Shown: piece after piece, positions 48,800-61,887 of the stretch
Position numbering within the stretch: position 1 is the stretch's first letter
Layout: each line of letters begins with the position of its first letter
Assembly: GCA_013265495.1 (NCBI GenBank)
Contig: MU061017.1
Location: forward strand, 9,882,180 to 9,946,179
Length of the DNA: 64,000 nt
Reading direction: 5' to 3'
From: Vicugna vicugna
Taxonomy: Eukaryota
Program-made: the position numbers and the translations under genes
The notes under the pieces: generated by a model
Seen by the model: the letters and a program-made list of their open reading frames with translations, nothing else
Databases searched by the model: none
What the model was told of the DNA's origin: nothing

Positions 48800-49915
48800 C
48801 TATTTTTTTTTAAGTTTTATTTTGAAGCAATTATAGACTCCCAAGAAGTTGGAAAAATCGTACAAATAATCTTGTGCCCTCTTGAGCCAGCTTCCCACGG
48901 TGATATATCAGTACAATATCAAAACCTGGAGGTTGATATTGGTACATTAGTGTTAACTGGACTACAGATCTCATTCAGTGCTCACCATTTTTTACATCTG
49001 CATTCCTTTTTTCACTTGTGAGTGTACAGTTCTATACAATTTCACCCCATGTATAGATTTGTAAAACCAGCCCTACAATTAAGATCCAGAACTATTCCGT
49101 TGCCGAAAAAGAACACCCTCATGCTAGTCTCTGCATGAATGCCTAATCCCCACTCCACCCCACTCTCATCCCTGTCTCCTAGCAACTGTAAATCTGCTCT
49201 CCATCAATATAGAGCGTTCTATTAACGGTATCACACACTATGTAACCTTTTGAGATTGCATTTTTTTTCAGTAAGCGTAATGCTCGTGAAGTCTGTCCAG
49301 GTTTTATGTATCAATAGTTCATTTCTTTTTATTGATAAGTAGTATTCCCTTGAATGGATATACCAGAGTTTGCTCAATCATTTATTCAAAGAAAACTTTG
49401 GGGTTGTTACCAATATTTTTGTTCATATAAATAAAGTTGTTATGAACATTTGTGTATAGGTTTGTTGTGTGAACTTATGTTTTTGTGTCTCTGGGATAAA
49501 TGCCCAAGAGTGGAATTGCTAGGTCATGTGGTCATTGCATGTTTAATTTTGTAAGAAACTGCCAAACTGTTTCCCAGAAGTGGCAGTAGCAGTTTCTCTC
49601 CCACCAGCAGTCTGTGAGTGATCAATGTCTCTATATCCTTGCCAGCTTTGGTGTTGCCACTGTTTTTAAATTTTTAGCTGTTCTTAAAAGTATATAGTGG
49701 GGGAGGGCATAGCTCAAGTGGTAGAGCGTGTACTTAGCAAGCAGGAGGTCCAGGGTTCGATCCCCAATACCTCCTCTAAAAATAAATAAATAAATAAACG
49801 TAATTACCTCCCTCCCCAACCAAAAATTTTTTAATTAAAACAAATAAACAAACGTGGTGATATCTCATTGTGATTTTACTTTGTTAATGGCTATAATGTT
49901 GAGCATCTTTCCTGT
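48800..49915 (-). mobile_element. L1M 3' end, interrupted by a SINE
   Basis: aaatgcccaagagtggaattgctaggtcatgtgg...gaaactgccaaactgtttcccagaagtggc...atctcattgtgatttt. Confidence 0.85.
49699..49852 (+). mobile_element. Camelid tRNA-derived SINE
   Basis: gggggagggcatagctcaagtggtagagcg...gggttcgatcccc...aaataaataaataaacgtaattacctccc. Confidence 0.92.
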
Positions 49916-50109
49916 TACAGTGGATGAGGGTTTAACACATTCACACTCTGAGTTCCCCTTCTCTGTCCTCCCCTCTGGTCCCAGGAATGATATTCCAGAC
50001 ACGTAGGAACTGCTAACATGCAGAATTGTTGTTGGCTGCCTGGCCGTACCCATGCATATCAGAGGAATATCTCATTGTTTGTTTGTTTGTATTAATTGGT
50101 AAACAGCCT

Positions 50110-50330
50110 GGAATAGTAGGAAAATGCTCCAACTCTGGACCCAGAATGCCTGGGTTTCAACCCTACTTCTGCTACTAGCTGTTGTTCAGGCAAGTTGCTT
50201 CATTACTCTATGCTTTTGCTGGGGATAATACTAGTAGCTACCTTGTGAAAATTTTGTGAGGGTTAAATGAGTAAATTCAGATAAAACACTCAGAACAGTG
50301 CTATATTAAGCCGTGTTCGCTATTATCGTT
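50110..50330 (+). mobile_element. MIR SINE
   Basis: gaatgcctgggtttcaacccctacttctgctactagc...ggcaagttgcttc...gagggttaaatgagtaaa. Confidence 0.8.
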
Positions 50331-50706
50331 ATTTTATGATTATACTATTATTAAGTATATTACTTATATTACTATATAAGACCCTGTTGGCTGAGCCAAG
50401 AGAATGTGATACATTTGTCTACTTTTTAATGACCCTCCACTGAATCTCCCCACTCAGCAAAAGAACTATCAATTCCGCTCTCAATGCTGTTTCCATAGAG
50501 TCAAATAATCCGGTATTTTTCCAGTTCCATCCTTTTTTTCCTTCTTCCTGGTATCTTCCTACTGGAATTCTTTATGATCCTTTTTCAATGTGGACTAGCT
50601 TTCCTCTAAGCCTATAATACAGCTGCAGTCCTGGGACTTCCCTTTGCAGATCAACTGTGTTGGAAATCTTATTCCCTAATATAACATCTTCTTTTTTGGT
50701 TTAATC

Positions 50707-51165
50707 CAGGATTTCTCAGTCTCTGCTCCATTGACATTTGGGCCAGATAACTTTTTTTTTCTGTTGAAGTCTAGTCAGTTTACAATGTTGTGCCAATGTC
50801 TGGTGTACAGCATTATGTTTCAGTCATACATATACATACATATGTTCGCTTTCATATTCTTTTTCATTATAGGTTACTACAAGATACGGAACATAGTTCC
50901 CCGTGCTATACAGTAGGACCTTCTTGTTTATCTATTTTGTAGATAGTAGTATCTGCAAATCTTGAACTCCCAATTTATCCCTCCCCATCCCTAGATAATT
51001 CTTTGTTGGAGAGCCTACCCTGCCATTATGGAATTTTTAGCAACATTCCTGGTCTCGACCCACTGGATGCCAGTAGCAACCCCTCTTTCACTTGTGACAA
51101 TCCAGTTTGTCTCCAGACATTGCTCAATGGCCCTGGAGGGAAAAATCATCCCAGTTGAGAACTTA
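50707..51165. mobile_element. MER20 hAT-Charlie transposon interrupted by an L1 3' end
   Basis: caggatttctca...ttgacatttgggccagataa|...|agataattctttgttg...ggatgccagtagca...gtctccagacattgc...cagttgagaac matches recalled MER20. Confidence 0.85.
50751..50992 (-). mobile_element. 5'-truncated L1 3' end (same family as 28465-28769)
   Basis: agtcagtttacaatgttgtg...ggtgtacagc...ttccccgtgctatacagtagg, with agataa duplicated at 50745 and 50993. Confidence 0.85.
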
Positions 51166-51419
51166 ATGTTACTGACTCACATCTGTCAATAGCTTCCTGA
51201 GAAGGGTTGTATAGGAAGTAAATTTTGAGCTCTTGCGTGAAATCTTCTTAAATCCAACCTTATGTTTGATTGTAAATTTTACTAAATGTGCAACTAGACT
51301 GAAATAACACACTCCCATCCTCCACCCTGGGTTTTCAAGCTATCACTCAATGACTTTTTAGCTTTCAGTGTTGTTGTTAAGAAATCTGATGCCATTTAGT
51401 TTCATTTTTTTTATTTTGG

Positions 51420-52575
51420 CAATTATTTTAGATTTGCTGCACAACGCACCATCTGTAACTTAATGGTTTAAAACAGCAAACATGTTATTATTTTTCATGA
51501 TTCTGTGGGCTGATTGGGGCTCATCTGTCTCACTTAGGGTCTTGCATGTGGCCTTCCTCTCCGTAAGGGGGCAGATGGGACTGGTATATCCAGCATAGTT
51601 TCATTCATACACCTGCCTTGGCCAGATGGCTGGAAGACGACTCACCAGGATGCGGGGAGTGGGGGCTGAACCTCATTCCCTACATCGTCTCAGGACCGTG
51701 CTCTCCTCATGGCCTCTCCATGTGGTGTCTCCAGCAGACTGCCCAGACTTTCCCCACAGCAGCTCAGGGCTTCCAAAAGCAGGAAGAAGCTGGTACGTAT
51801 TCCTGTTAGGCAGTTAGACAGAAATGAGCACTGGGCAGGGGGAAAGGAACAACCCAGAAAATAACAGTACATCTGCACTCAGGATAAGGGACTCCAGAAA
51901 CTTACTTTCTCTAAATGAGGGCCAGCCAAAGAAGCCAGCTAAAATCAAAACACTGCAGCTGCACAGAAGAGAAGGACCAGGCGTAACTTGACCCAATGCT
52001 CATTATAATGTAATTAACATTACAGTTTGAGCTTCCTTCCTTAGGTTTCCGTGCGCTTCATGGGTAAGAACCTGCCCAAAAGGGGATGGGCGTGCCAGAG
52101 CACAAGGAACCTGAGCTGTCAATCAGCTTGATCACTCAAAGAACCTGAGCCGTTAATCAATCAATCAATCACAAAGAAACGCCCCTAAGCCAGGATATAA
52201 AATGGAAAAAACAAAGGCGCAGCGCCATCTTTCCTCTCTTGGATTGGCCCGCTCCCAATTCTCAGGAGTGTACTGTCTTTCACTACCTTTCTACTTTACT
52301 AGTAAAAATCTTGCTTATATCACACTTTCTGTCTCTCATTAAAAATTGTTTTTTGTTTTTTTTTCAGGTAACGGAGAACTGAGGTAATTCTTATTTCCTG
52401 GTAACATCCCTAAAGCTCCGGCCAAAAGCTGTCCCAGCATCACTTCTGTCCCCTACTATTAGCCAGAGTGAGTCACAGACCCACGTGAGAGTCCCCATGG
52501 GCGAGGACTGTGCAAGGGTGTGGGAATGGGGGAGCACGGCTTATCAGGGTCCGTCTTCGGAGACAAGCTACCAAA
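51420..52575 (-). mobile_element. MLT1 MaLR LTR split by a younger solo LTR
   Basis: aacttaatggtttaaaacagc...catgattctgtggg...ggcctctccatgtgg...|...cagcatcacttctgtccc...gagtcacagaccc. Confidence 0.7.
51804..52406 (+). mobile_element. ERV1-like solo LTR, 603 bp
   Basis: TGTTA...TAACA inverted ends. Repeated gaacctgagc U3 motif, TATAAAA at 52196, AGTAAA at 52301 and ATTAAA at 52338. Imperfect 4-bp TSD (ttcc/tccc). Confidence 0.8.
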
Positions 52576-53731
52576 GCAATCACACTTTTATTTCCCGAGA
52601 ACCGTTTCTTGTTTTCTGAGGGTTTGTCTTGCCTAGCCTTCTGTTCTTGCTGCACGATGCAATAGCCTCTCTTTTCTTTCTGAGAATATTAATTATAAAC
52701 GTAACATATTTTTTGGTCTCAATTTCCTTTGGCTTCCATTTCTTCTGTTTTGGTTTTTTGTAGTTGAATGGAAGATTTTTTCAAGTACTTAAAGATCCTT
52801 AGCTATTCATTCTGAGCGAGGTTCTCAAAAGCTGGTTGGAACCTCAGGAGTAATCGGTGTCACGTCTTTGCCTTCAGTCTATGGGGATGTGGCAGAGCAT
52901 GTGCTGTTGTATTGTGGGTAGTATAAATTTCATTTTTGGTTTTTTTTTTTCCTTAGGGCTCTTCAGTCTCCCCAGAGAAGAACTGTCCAATCTTTTGCTT
53001 GGAGAGAATTTTTTTGGCAATCAACGTTCTTGAGGCTAAGCTCCTAAAGGGGCTGGATGCCAAAGGTGATTGTCCGGACTTCAACAGCATCACCCTCTTT
53101 TCAGCACAGTGTCTCTTCTGTATTGTCAACTGGTATCCTGTCTGAAGACTGGATTTGGTTTTTCCAGAGAATGCCCTAATCCCTCCATGATGGAGGGAAA
53201 GAGTCACCTGACTTCTCACACTGGGGGAGAGGACCTGAGTGACTACCTGCCCATCATACAGGTGCTCAATTGAATCCTCCTGTTTTTAGTCCCATCCCTC
53301 TTCCTGTCTCTGTATCTGGTGCCTCTAATTTCTGGGCCTTTTCGAGTATTCTTGAGCACAAGTCAGCTTGACTCCTATCTGCATTCCCCTCTGCAACCTC
53401 TTAGGTTTTAGTTTTTTGGCTGCATGAAGTCAGTTTCTATTCCTCTATTTGCATTCTGTTTTCCAAAACTTAACTGCTATCCCTTGTCTGTTGGTTTCTT
53501 CTCTCTGTGCTATATGTACTTACAGGTTTAAAAAGCTTACTCTTATTTTAGTGGAAACTCAGGAGTGAATGGAAATGAACTCATGTTTAATTCGCTATAT
53601 GTAACTAAAAGACTTTTTTCTTTTCTAAAGCTCAGAAGATGATATCTATAAATTTCCTAGGTTCAAGATCAAACGACTTCATCAATGGTAAATTCTATCT
53701 AACCGCATCTAAGCTAACGGAATGCGTGACC

Positions 53732-53895
53732 CAGCGGTTCTCAACTCTGACCGTATGTAGGAATCATCTGTGTAGCTCTGAACAAACCTGATGCCTAGAT
53801 CCTACCCTATACCCAATTAATCAGAATCTCTGAGGTGGGTACATACAGTAAATGAGATTTTTTTCCTGATGTGTAGCCAAGGTTAAGAGTCAGTG
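53732..53895. mobile_element. MER5A hAT-Charlie transposon
   Basis: cagcggttctcaactctg...gaatcatctg...tcagaatctctgaggtggg...gtagccaaggttaagagtcagtg. Confidence 0.85.
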
Positions 53896-56800
53896 ATGTG
53901 GCAGTGGGGGGGAAGCAGTGGTGCTGGGGTAACAATGTCTGAACTCAAGAGTTTGACTCCAATATCTGATGACTCTTGCAAAATACACCTCTCTCTCTCT
54001 CTCTGACATGCACACACGGTTTCTCACTGGCTTCCTATGAATGGTTGTCCACGCTTAGCTTTGGGGAATGTAGTGTTTGGGACTGTTGCTACCTGCCCCA
54101 ATTTTTACGTTAATGCTCAGTTCTGATCCACCACAGACCTCACAAACACTAGGGGGCGCACGTACCCAGAAACCCGATCTCCATTACCCCTGGGATAAGT
54201 CTCAATTTCACCTGTCTTCCTTCGTTTACCGTAGTCTATGCTAAAGGGAAGCTTCAGAGTCACAATTAGTAACTAAAAAGGCAAATTGTGGAAGGAAAGA
54301 AAAAATTTAAACTGGTCAATCTCTCAGGCTTCTGGACTTCAGAAATTTGATCTTCTTCAGTCTTTGCAAGGATGTTTTAAATTAGGTAATGCATTTAAGA
54401 CTCTGAAAAGTGTAATGTGTTTGGAGCGGCTTCAAAAAAATCTAAAATGTGTAATTTTGCAAGGACTCACAACAAGGTCTCAAATTATGAGTCAAATCAG
54501 CAGGCCAGGTAAAATCTGTATAATTAAAAAGTAATAGAACAGTTATTTAACTAGACACAGAGATCTGATGATGGAATGTCCACTATCATAATATACATTT
54601 TATTGCCTTAATTAATAATTTATTCATTATAATTATAATATTTATTAATTCTGATTTAATATGATTGATTTTTAAGATTTTGACATTCTTTGGCTGCTCA
54701 GTCTATCACATCAGCTGTTTTTATAGTTACCATTACTCACATGCTTGTTCTCTCAAATTTTAAGATTCCCTGAACTAAATACATACTTAGCGTCGTGGAC
54801 GTGATATCTGGATATAAAGCACAATTGTCATTAAATATTTTCTCTCCCCTGTAGATGTATTAGACATCACCATGGTACGAGAGTATCAGTCATCTTCGGT
54901 CCTACACGGTGCACGTGTTTCCACTGCGTGAGAAACTTGCTGCTCTGTTACCTCAATTATGTAAGTTTGTGTGCGAGTGCATTCAGCACGTACTCATTTG
55001 TTCGTCTGGAACACAGTGATTGAACAGCTCTTCTGTGCTCTGAATCCTTCCAAGTGATGGGAATAAGGTGGTGAAGACAAAAACAGATAAAAATCCCTTC
55101 CCTCACTGAGCTTACTTTCTAACGAGGTCAAGGTGTGCAGTTTGTGTGTTTGTAACAATATCTTGGCAGGATATCCCTTTGCCTGTCAACCTCAGGATTC
55201 TTGACATGACAGGCAGGCTACCAGGATATGGACTGGAATGATGACCTAAGACTTTCTTAGGGAAATGGAAAAAATACTTTAGATTCGGCTTCTCAGAACA
55301 CCAAGATGTATGGCCTTAAACAGAGAGAAAAGCTTCCTTAATTTACATCCAGTAAATCAACTTTCTAAAAGAAACAGAACCTTCAAAAGTTAAATCCATC
55401 TTTTAAAGAATGTTATCGACTCGCTGGGGTTAAGCGCATGTGGTCCCGTATGTGGTCCAGCGCCGCAGGAGTTAAGTTTGCTGTGGATGTGTTATCCCTT
55501 TGTCCCTAACATCCAGGAACCCACCCCAATCCTGATCCTATCCCTTGACACAGACCTACGGTGGGCAGCAGGGCTGTCTGAACCAGACCTCTGTGGTTTC
55601 ATGACAATTCCATGCTGGGAACAGGCTGTGAATGAAGGAAAACAGCCTCTTTTGAAGATGTCGAAGGGGAGCTGGGTTCTGGTTTGGGCTGTTCTTTAGT
55701 AGGAGAACCCACAAAAAAGGACCTTGGTTTTCCAGTCTGAGTGGGCAGCAGGGAGCTTATGTTCTGCCCTTGTCTTTGCCCCAAACCCCAAAACCTGGGA
55801 GCAAAGCTTCCTGATGATGGACAGGCAGGCTAGTGTGAATATGTGCTACTTCCTGAAGCCTAGTATTCTCTTTAGAGGTGAATTTTTTTTCATGATAAAA
55901 CATCAGTGCAAGTGAGCATTAAGTGTTTCATAGCCCGCAAAAGGCTTTTACTGGCTTACCCTTTCCTGAGCAGCCACTGGAGAATGAATGAACAGAACCA
56001 GCCCCCTTGACCATTTTCTAAAAAACAGAAATCCTTAATGAGTCTAGGTTCCTATTTAAAAATCCTAGCTGAATGTTTTTAGACCCAAACAACTTGTTCT
56101 GTTTTCTGCTGGCAAGGTGACATATTGTCAATCTCAAAATTTCTTTCGAAAATTACACCAACCTCCAAGGGCTTGAATATTTCATACATCTCCACCCACT
56201 GCATCTCTGATCTCTCCTTCCCACCCTTTCCCAGAAGAGATTCTATAATAGCTTCCAAGACATAAAGAAGATTTTAGACTGGCTTCATCATACGACTAAA
56301 GTCTTTGAATTTAGCCTTGGCCCATTAGTCTTGGCAGAAAAGAATTTCTGTGTTTGCCTTGCATGGAGAGAGAAAAGGCTGGCTGTTTTCTGATCACAGT
56401 TGGAAGCTTTCCCCATTTAGATAAGCAAAAGAGTGAGGAAATATCTTGTTTCACTGGCTCATATTGATTTCCCAGTCATGCCTGCTACCTGCCCGTGGAC
56501 AGACTTAATGGCTGCAGATAAATGAGGCTTGTTCGGCTGGCAGGAGCGAGGTGGAAAAAAAAAATCACCTAAAAATGCATGGTTTGTGTGAGTCCAAACA
56601 GAAAGTAAATGTGGCTTTTTAGACTGCAATTTGCTGTGGCCCAGTGAGACGAGGCACGGGGGAGAATTTAAATTATGGTCGCTGGACTTCTCATCGGGGA
56701 TGAGAGGCTCCAGATGATGTGTAGTGAGGCACAGAATCCATCAGCAGAGAGATTCAGCTGCTGCCATCAGGCGGAGCAGGCTGGAGGTGAGGGGACACGC

Positions 56801-57599
56801 CACCGAGCTGCTTTGCATTCCTGACCTTTTAGGTGAGCTCCCCCCGTCCCCCTGTGGGGCTCCCGTTAATACTGGGATGCTGGGCTTGGTGCAGATGGTA
56901 AATGGGAACTGTTTGGACTGCATCCTGATCATGATTCTTCACTCTCTTCCTGATGCCGAGTCTTTACTGCATAATAAACGTCCTTGCCACTCCATCATGG
57001 CTCAGCATGCACGCTCTTACATTTCTTCTTCTCTATTCTGTTGGCTAACAAGATTGCAAGCAGCAGAGAGATGACAGGGGAGACAGGCGATTCCAGGCAT
57101 GTGGGCTTTGACCTAAGAGATCTGGGCATTTTTGCCTTTGTTTTCAGTTTATGGAAACTTTAGCAATAGGGCATCACCAACAAGCTTAACTAAGGGCTTC
57201 AGAGGATAGGAAAGAGTCAGAGGCCTTACTAAGGCCTGGCCTGGAAACACAACCACAGAGCTCCTCAGATCCACCTTGTCATCGCCAGCATCACCTCCAA
57301 CAAATGCTCTTTCCTGCCACGGGCTCGTGGGCCACCAGGCTGAGGCGTTCTGCTGGGAGGGAGCGGGGAGCTGGGTATTTGGGGGTCACAGACCGGAATG
57401 GATAGAGGAAGGAAAATTCAAGGATGAGGATGGGGGGTGGGGGGGACAGACAGTCCTTGTAAGGCCTGGCGAGGCTGTGGCTGAGTCTGAGCTCATCTGC
57501 TGTGTGGTTTGAGGTCTGGAAGTGGTGGCAGCAAGAGGGCTTACAAATCACCCAGGCTGTTGAAAACACCAGGAAGTGTTGCTAAGAGCTTAGTCAGAA

Positions 57600-58080
57600 C
57601 AGAAGCCTGAGATCTGGGTTCCAGCTCTGGCTTTGCCATTGACTAGCTGTGTACTTCTGGGCAGTTCATCTTTCTAGGCCCATTTCCTTTTTTGTAACAC
57701 ACAAGTTGCTTATTTGTTTTAGCTTCTCCAAGGCCTTTTGTGACCCTACCATTCTGTGATTCCGTGGCTTCTGTAGAGCAGGTTGGTCACACTCCAGTGC
57801 CACCATGTCATGGGATGGCCAGTGTCCCAGCCGTGACTGCTCTCCTCCTTCCTCTCCACTTCTCTGTAAGGACCGACTAAGGGTAATTACACTGACTAGT
57901 AGTCTCTGCCATCCTGTGCTGGGCATTCCCTTCTCAGAACAGCCCTGAGAGACAGGCGTTGCTTTGACGTGATGGACAAGGAAACTGAGGCTCAACGAGT
58001 GACTGTCCCAAGAACACACAGCTAGCAATGGACTTTGGGAATTCAAATTGAGGCTTGCCTCTAGAATTTCGGTTGTTCAC
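57600..58080. mobile_element. Two MIR fragments in opposite orientation
   Basis: gatctgggttccagctctggctttgccattgactagctgtg (~57610) and aaggaaactgaggctcaacgagtgactgtcccaag (~57980). Confidence 0.7.
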
Positions 58081-58689
58081 TGATATATCATGCTGCTTCT
58101 CTACTTGATGTGGGTTTTCCCTGGCTACTGGGCCAACACCGATTTTCCCTGGGCCGGGTGGTGGTGGTGGGAAGAGATTCTGAAGTGGAAGGAAGGTATT
58201 GTGTTTGGGCCCGTGAGGCCCGGAGGGCCGTGGAAGGCACATGGACAGCATCCACCCCATGGCTGCCTTCTTTTTCAACTGCTGCCCCGAGTGGGCATCA
58301 AATGAAGCTTTGTCCTCTAAGAATGTATAAAGAATCCCAACAGGTTACTCTTTTTTTTTTTTTAAACAGCATAGCATTTGCATGTCACAATTGTTGGTAT
58401 AATAGGACAGCCCATTGTTAGTTCTGATGTCCTAGGTGGCTTTTTCCATCTCATGGCCTCCCTACCCACTTCCCCAGGGAGGCTGGTTGGAAAGCTGAGA
58501 TGCAGGCGGAGGCAGTTACTGTCCCTGCAGAGCCGACCTGCAGCCGGAGCAGGTGGGTGTGTTCAAGCTGGGAGGAAGCGTGGCCACAATCATCTGAGTT
58601 AGTGGTTGGTGGGGAGTGGAGGGAAATCTGTTCCAAAAGCTTGCCGTTCATGTCCCAGTCACCCACCCTCTGAAATCGTTAAATCATCC

Positions 58690-59640
58690 ACTCATTCGTT
58701 TAAAAATATCGAATGTGTTTTTATTCTGCATCAGGCACTGTTCTAGGCACTAGCAGTCTGGTGCTGAATAGAAATAGGCACATTCCCTGCTCTCAGAAAA
58801 CCAGTACTATAGTGGGAGAGATAGAAAAGAATCAATTAGGCAAATGCATACATATTATAATGTTAGATAGGGGTAAGTATCTTAAAGAAAGAAATTTATG
58901 GGATGGGGCAAGAGGGTGACAGAAATGCTGTTAAGTAAGGTGTCAGGAGAGGTCTCCCCACGGAAATGACAGCTGAACTGACTTGGATGGGGTCAAGGAG
59001 CGAGCTGCGGAAACATCCGGGGGGAGAGCTCCAGGAGAGGGAACGGGACGAGCAAGGCCCCGAGCCGGGGAGGAGAGCGGCCAACTGGAAGAAGAGCAGG
59101 AAGTCAAGGTGCCTGGAGTACAAGGAACAAGGTGGGGAACATCATGGAGCGTATGTTGGAGTTGGAGCGCATTATGGACCATGGAAAGGACTTTGGATTT
59201 TATTTTAACTATGATGGGGGGCTCTATGCAGGGAGGCTATGAGACGGGAAATACATGATGAGGTTCGTGTTTAAAATAATCTCCGTAGTTGTGTGGATTG
59301 CAAGGAGGCCAGGGGGAAAGCAGAGAGACCACTGAGGAGGCTGTTGTAACAGGTCAGGTGAGAAGCGATAGACTCAGTGATAGTGGTCAGGGTGGACAGA
59401 AGTAGTAGGGGTTTGGAATTTTTTAAAAGATAGAATTGATAACACTTGCTGATGGATTAGCTGTAGGGCATGTGAGGTAAGAGAGCACAAGGATGACCCC
59501 CTAGCTTCTTGGGCTGAGTGAGTGGGCGACAGTCTTCTCGTGAGATGGAGAGCCCCGGGGAAGGAGCAGGTTAGGGAGGGGAGCAGAGCAAAGAGGTCTG
59601 TTTGGACATGTTCAGACTGAGGCTCTATTCAATCTCTAAG
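58690..59640 (+). mobile_element. L2 LINE
   Basis: cactcattcgtt...tgcatcaggcactgttctaggcact...ggactttggattttatttt...cttgctgatggattag...tttggacatgtt. Confidence 0.8.
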
Positions 59641-59694
59641 CCTCAATTTCCTGACCTGAAAACTGGGGTTAGTAACTGGGCAAAACTCTGAGAA

Positions 59695-59862
59695 NNNNNN
59701 NNNNNNNNNNNNNNNNNNNNNNNNNNNNNNNNNNNNNNNNNNNNNNNNNNNNNNNNNNNNNNNNNNNNNNNNNNNNNNNNNNNNNNNNNNNNNNNNNNNN
59801 NNNNNNNNNNNNNNNNNNNNNNNNNNNNNNNNNNNNNNNNNNNNNNNNNNNNNNNNNNNNNN
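59695..59862. other. Assembly gap (168 N)
   Basis: Run of N. Confidence 1.
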
Positions 59863-60620
59863 CATGAAAGACAGAATGCAGGTTCCTCAAAAAATTAAAA
59901 ATTGAAGCACTGTATGACCCAGCAGTTTTACTTCTGGGTATATATCCACTTCTATTCTGGGAGAGAACTAAAATCACTATCTCAAAGAGATATCTGCACC
60001 CCCATACTCACTGCAGCCTTATCCATAATCACCAAGACATGGAAAAAACATAAATGTCTGTCAATGGATGAATGGCTGAAGAAAATGTGGTATGTGTACA
60101 TACACACAATGAGATATTCTGCCATAAAAAGAAGAAAATCCTGCCGTTTGCAACAACATGGATGAAACCTGAGGACATTATGCTAAATGAAATAAGCCAG
60201 ACAAAGATACATGCTCTGTGATACCATTTATACGTGGAATCTAAAAAACACTGAACTCATAAAAACAGAGACTAGACTGGTGGTTCAGGGGCAGGGAGGA
60301 GGGGGAAGATGGGAGAAGTTGGTGAAGGTGGTCAAAGGATATAAACTTCCAGTTACAAGATGAATAAGTTCTGGGGGGGGGTCTAATATACAGCATGGTG
60401 ACTAGGGTTAACAATACTCTATCATATTCTTCAAAGTTGCTAAGAGAGTCACTCTCAACAGTTCTCAACACACATATGTGATAACTCTGTGAGATGATGG
60501 ATGTGTTAACTAACTTATTGTGGTAATGATTTCATAATACATACAGATTATCACCTTGTTCACCTTAACTTTATACAATGTTTTTATGTCAAATATCTCT
60601 CAATAGATCTGGGGGAAAAA
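59863..60620 (+). mobile_element. L1MA-type 3' end (ORF2 tail and 3'UTR)
   Basis: ggttcctcaaaaaattaaaaat...tatgacccagca...gatatctgcacccccata...ggatgaatggctgaagaaaatgtgg...tgctaaatgaaataagccag. Confidence 0.9.
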
Positions 60621-60650
60621 GAATTATTGTGATGACTGAGATAATATATA

Positions 60651-60655
60651 TATTG

Positions 60656-60694
<39 letters not shown>
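60651..60694. repeat. (TA)n microsatellite
   Basis: About 17 perfect TA units from 60660. Confidence 0.95.
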
Positions 60695-60696
<2 letters not shown>

Positions 60697-60739
60697 CGCC
60701 TAAAAATATTCAGTAATGTTAATTATTGCTTTCTTCTTA

Positions 60740-61560
60740 TTTACTTATTTATTGAGGAATAACTCATTCTGTGATGACCTGCACAAATCTTAAACAGCGC
60801 AGTAAAACTTCACATCTATATACCTGAGCGCCTACCCCTTGATCAAGATAGAGATCATTTCTAGCACAACAGAAGGCTCACTTTTGCCCCCTTATTCTCA
60901 ATATTTACGCTGCTCCCCCAAATAACCAATATTCTGACCTTTATCATCATAGATTGGTTTTCCTGTTCTTGAACGTCGCATAAATGCAATCTTTATAGGA
61001 TGTGCTGTTTGGGGTCTGGCTTCTTTCAATCAGCATTGTTTTTAGTGAGGTTCACCCGTGCGGCTGTGAGGAGCACTATTTTGTTCTTTGTCGCTGTGTG
61101 ATACTGCGTTTATTCCACATATTTTGCATATACCAGACTTTGTCCTATTGATGGATATGGAGTTGTTTCTGTTTTTTGCTCTCATAAAATACCTGCTGTG
61201 AACATACCCATGCATGTCTTTGATGCACACAAGCGCTCATTTCTGTTGGTGTGTTATACCCAGGAGGGGAATCGCTGGGTCACAGGGTGTTTGTACGGTT
61301 AGCTTCAGGAGATACACCAAGCAGTTCTCCAAGTGGTTGTTGAGTTCCCAGTCCCCTCGGCAGTGTGTGAGGTATCCAGGTGCCCCACAGCCTCATCACC
61401 ACTCGGTTTTCTAAGTCCTTCCATTGGCGTCATTCTCATTGGGGAAATGGTAGCAGCTCACTGACGTTTTAATCTGCATTTTCCTGATGACGGGTAGTGT
61501 TGATTACTTTTTTGTGCTTTTTGTCTATTTTTTGTCTGTGAAGTGTCTTTTTAGGTCTTT
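60740..61560 (-). mobile_element. L1MB/MC-type 3' region
   Basis: ggtctggcttctttcaatcagcattg...gctgtgaacatacccatgcatgtctttg...gaatcgctgggtcacaggg...atctgcattttcctgatgac. Confidence 0.85.
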
Positions 61561-61887
61561 GGTCCCTTGAAAAACGCTGGCTATTATTTTGTATCACCAT
61601 TATTGTATTTTTTCATTATCTGTGTAGCTATCTATTCTCCCAATAGATTGCAAACTTTTTGACGTCAAGGTCTGTCAATCATTTTTGAATTTTTTGTGCC
61701 TAGCAAAGGCCTCCTACTGTACATTTGCTGAATAAATTAACGAATGGCCATGACTCAGTTGATCATGATAAAATACCGCCATCTGGTGTCTACAGAGTGA
61801 ATTAGACGTGGAGGATGCCAAGCCAGCGAGCCAAGTTAATTCATGAGGCTATTTGAGCCTTCTCTTATGAATTTTTAAAAATTATTC

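Noticed and set aside
61660-61667. Second TGACGTCA CRE palindrome
   Set aside because: It sits in AT-rich, repeat-derived context with no supporting features.
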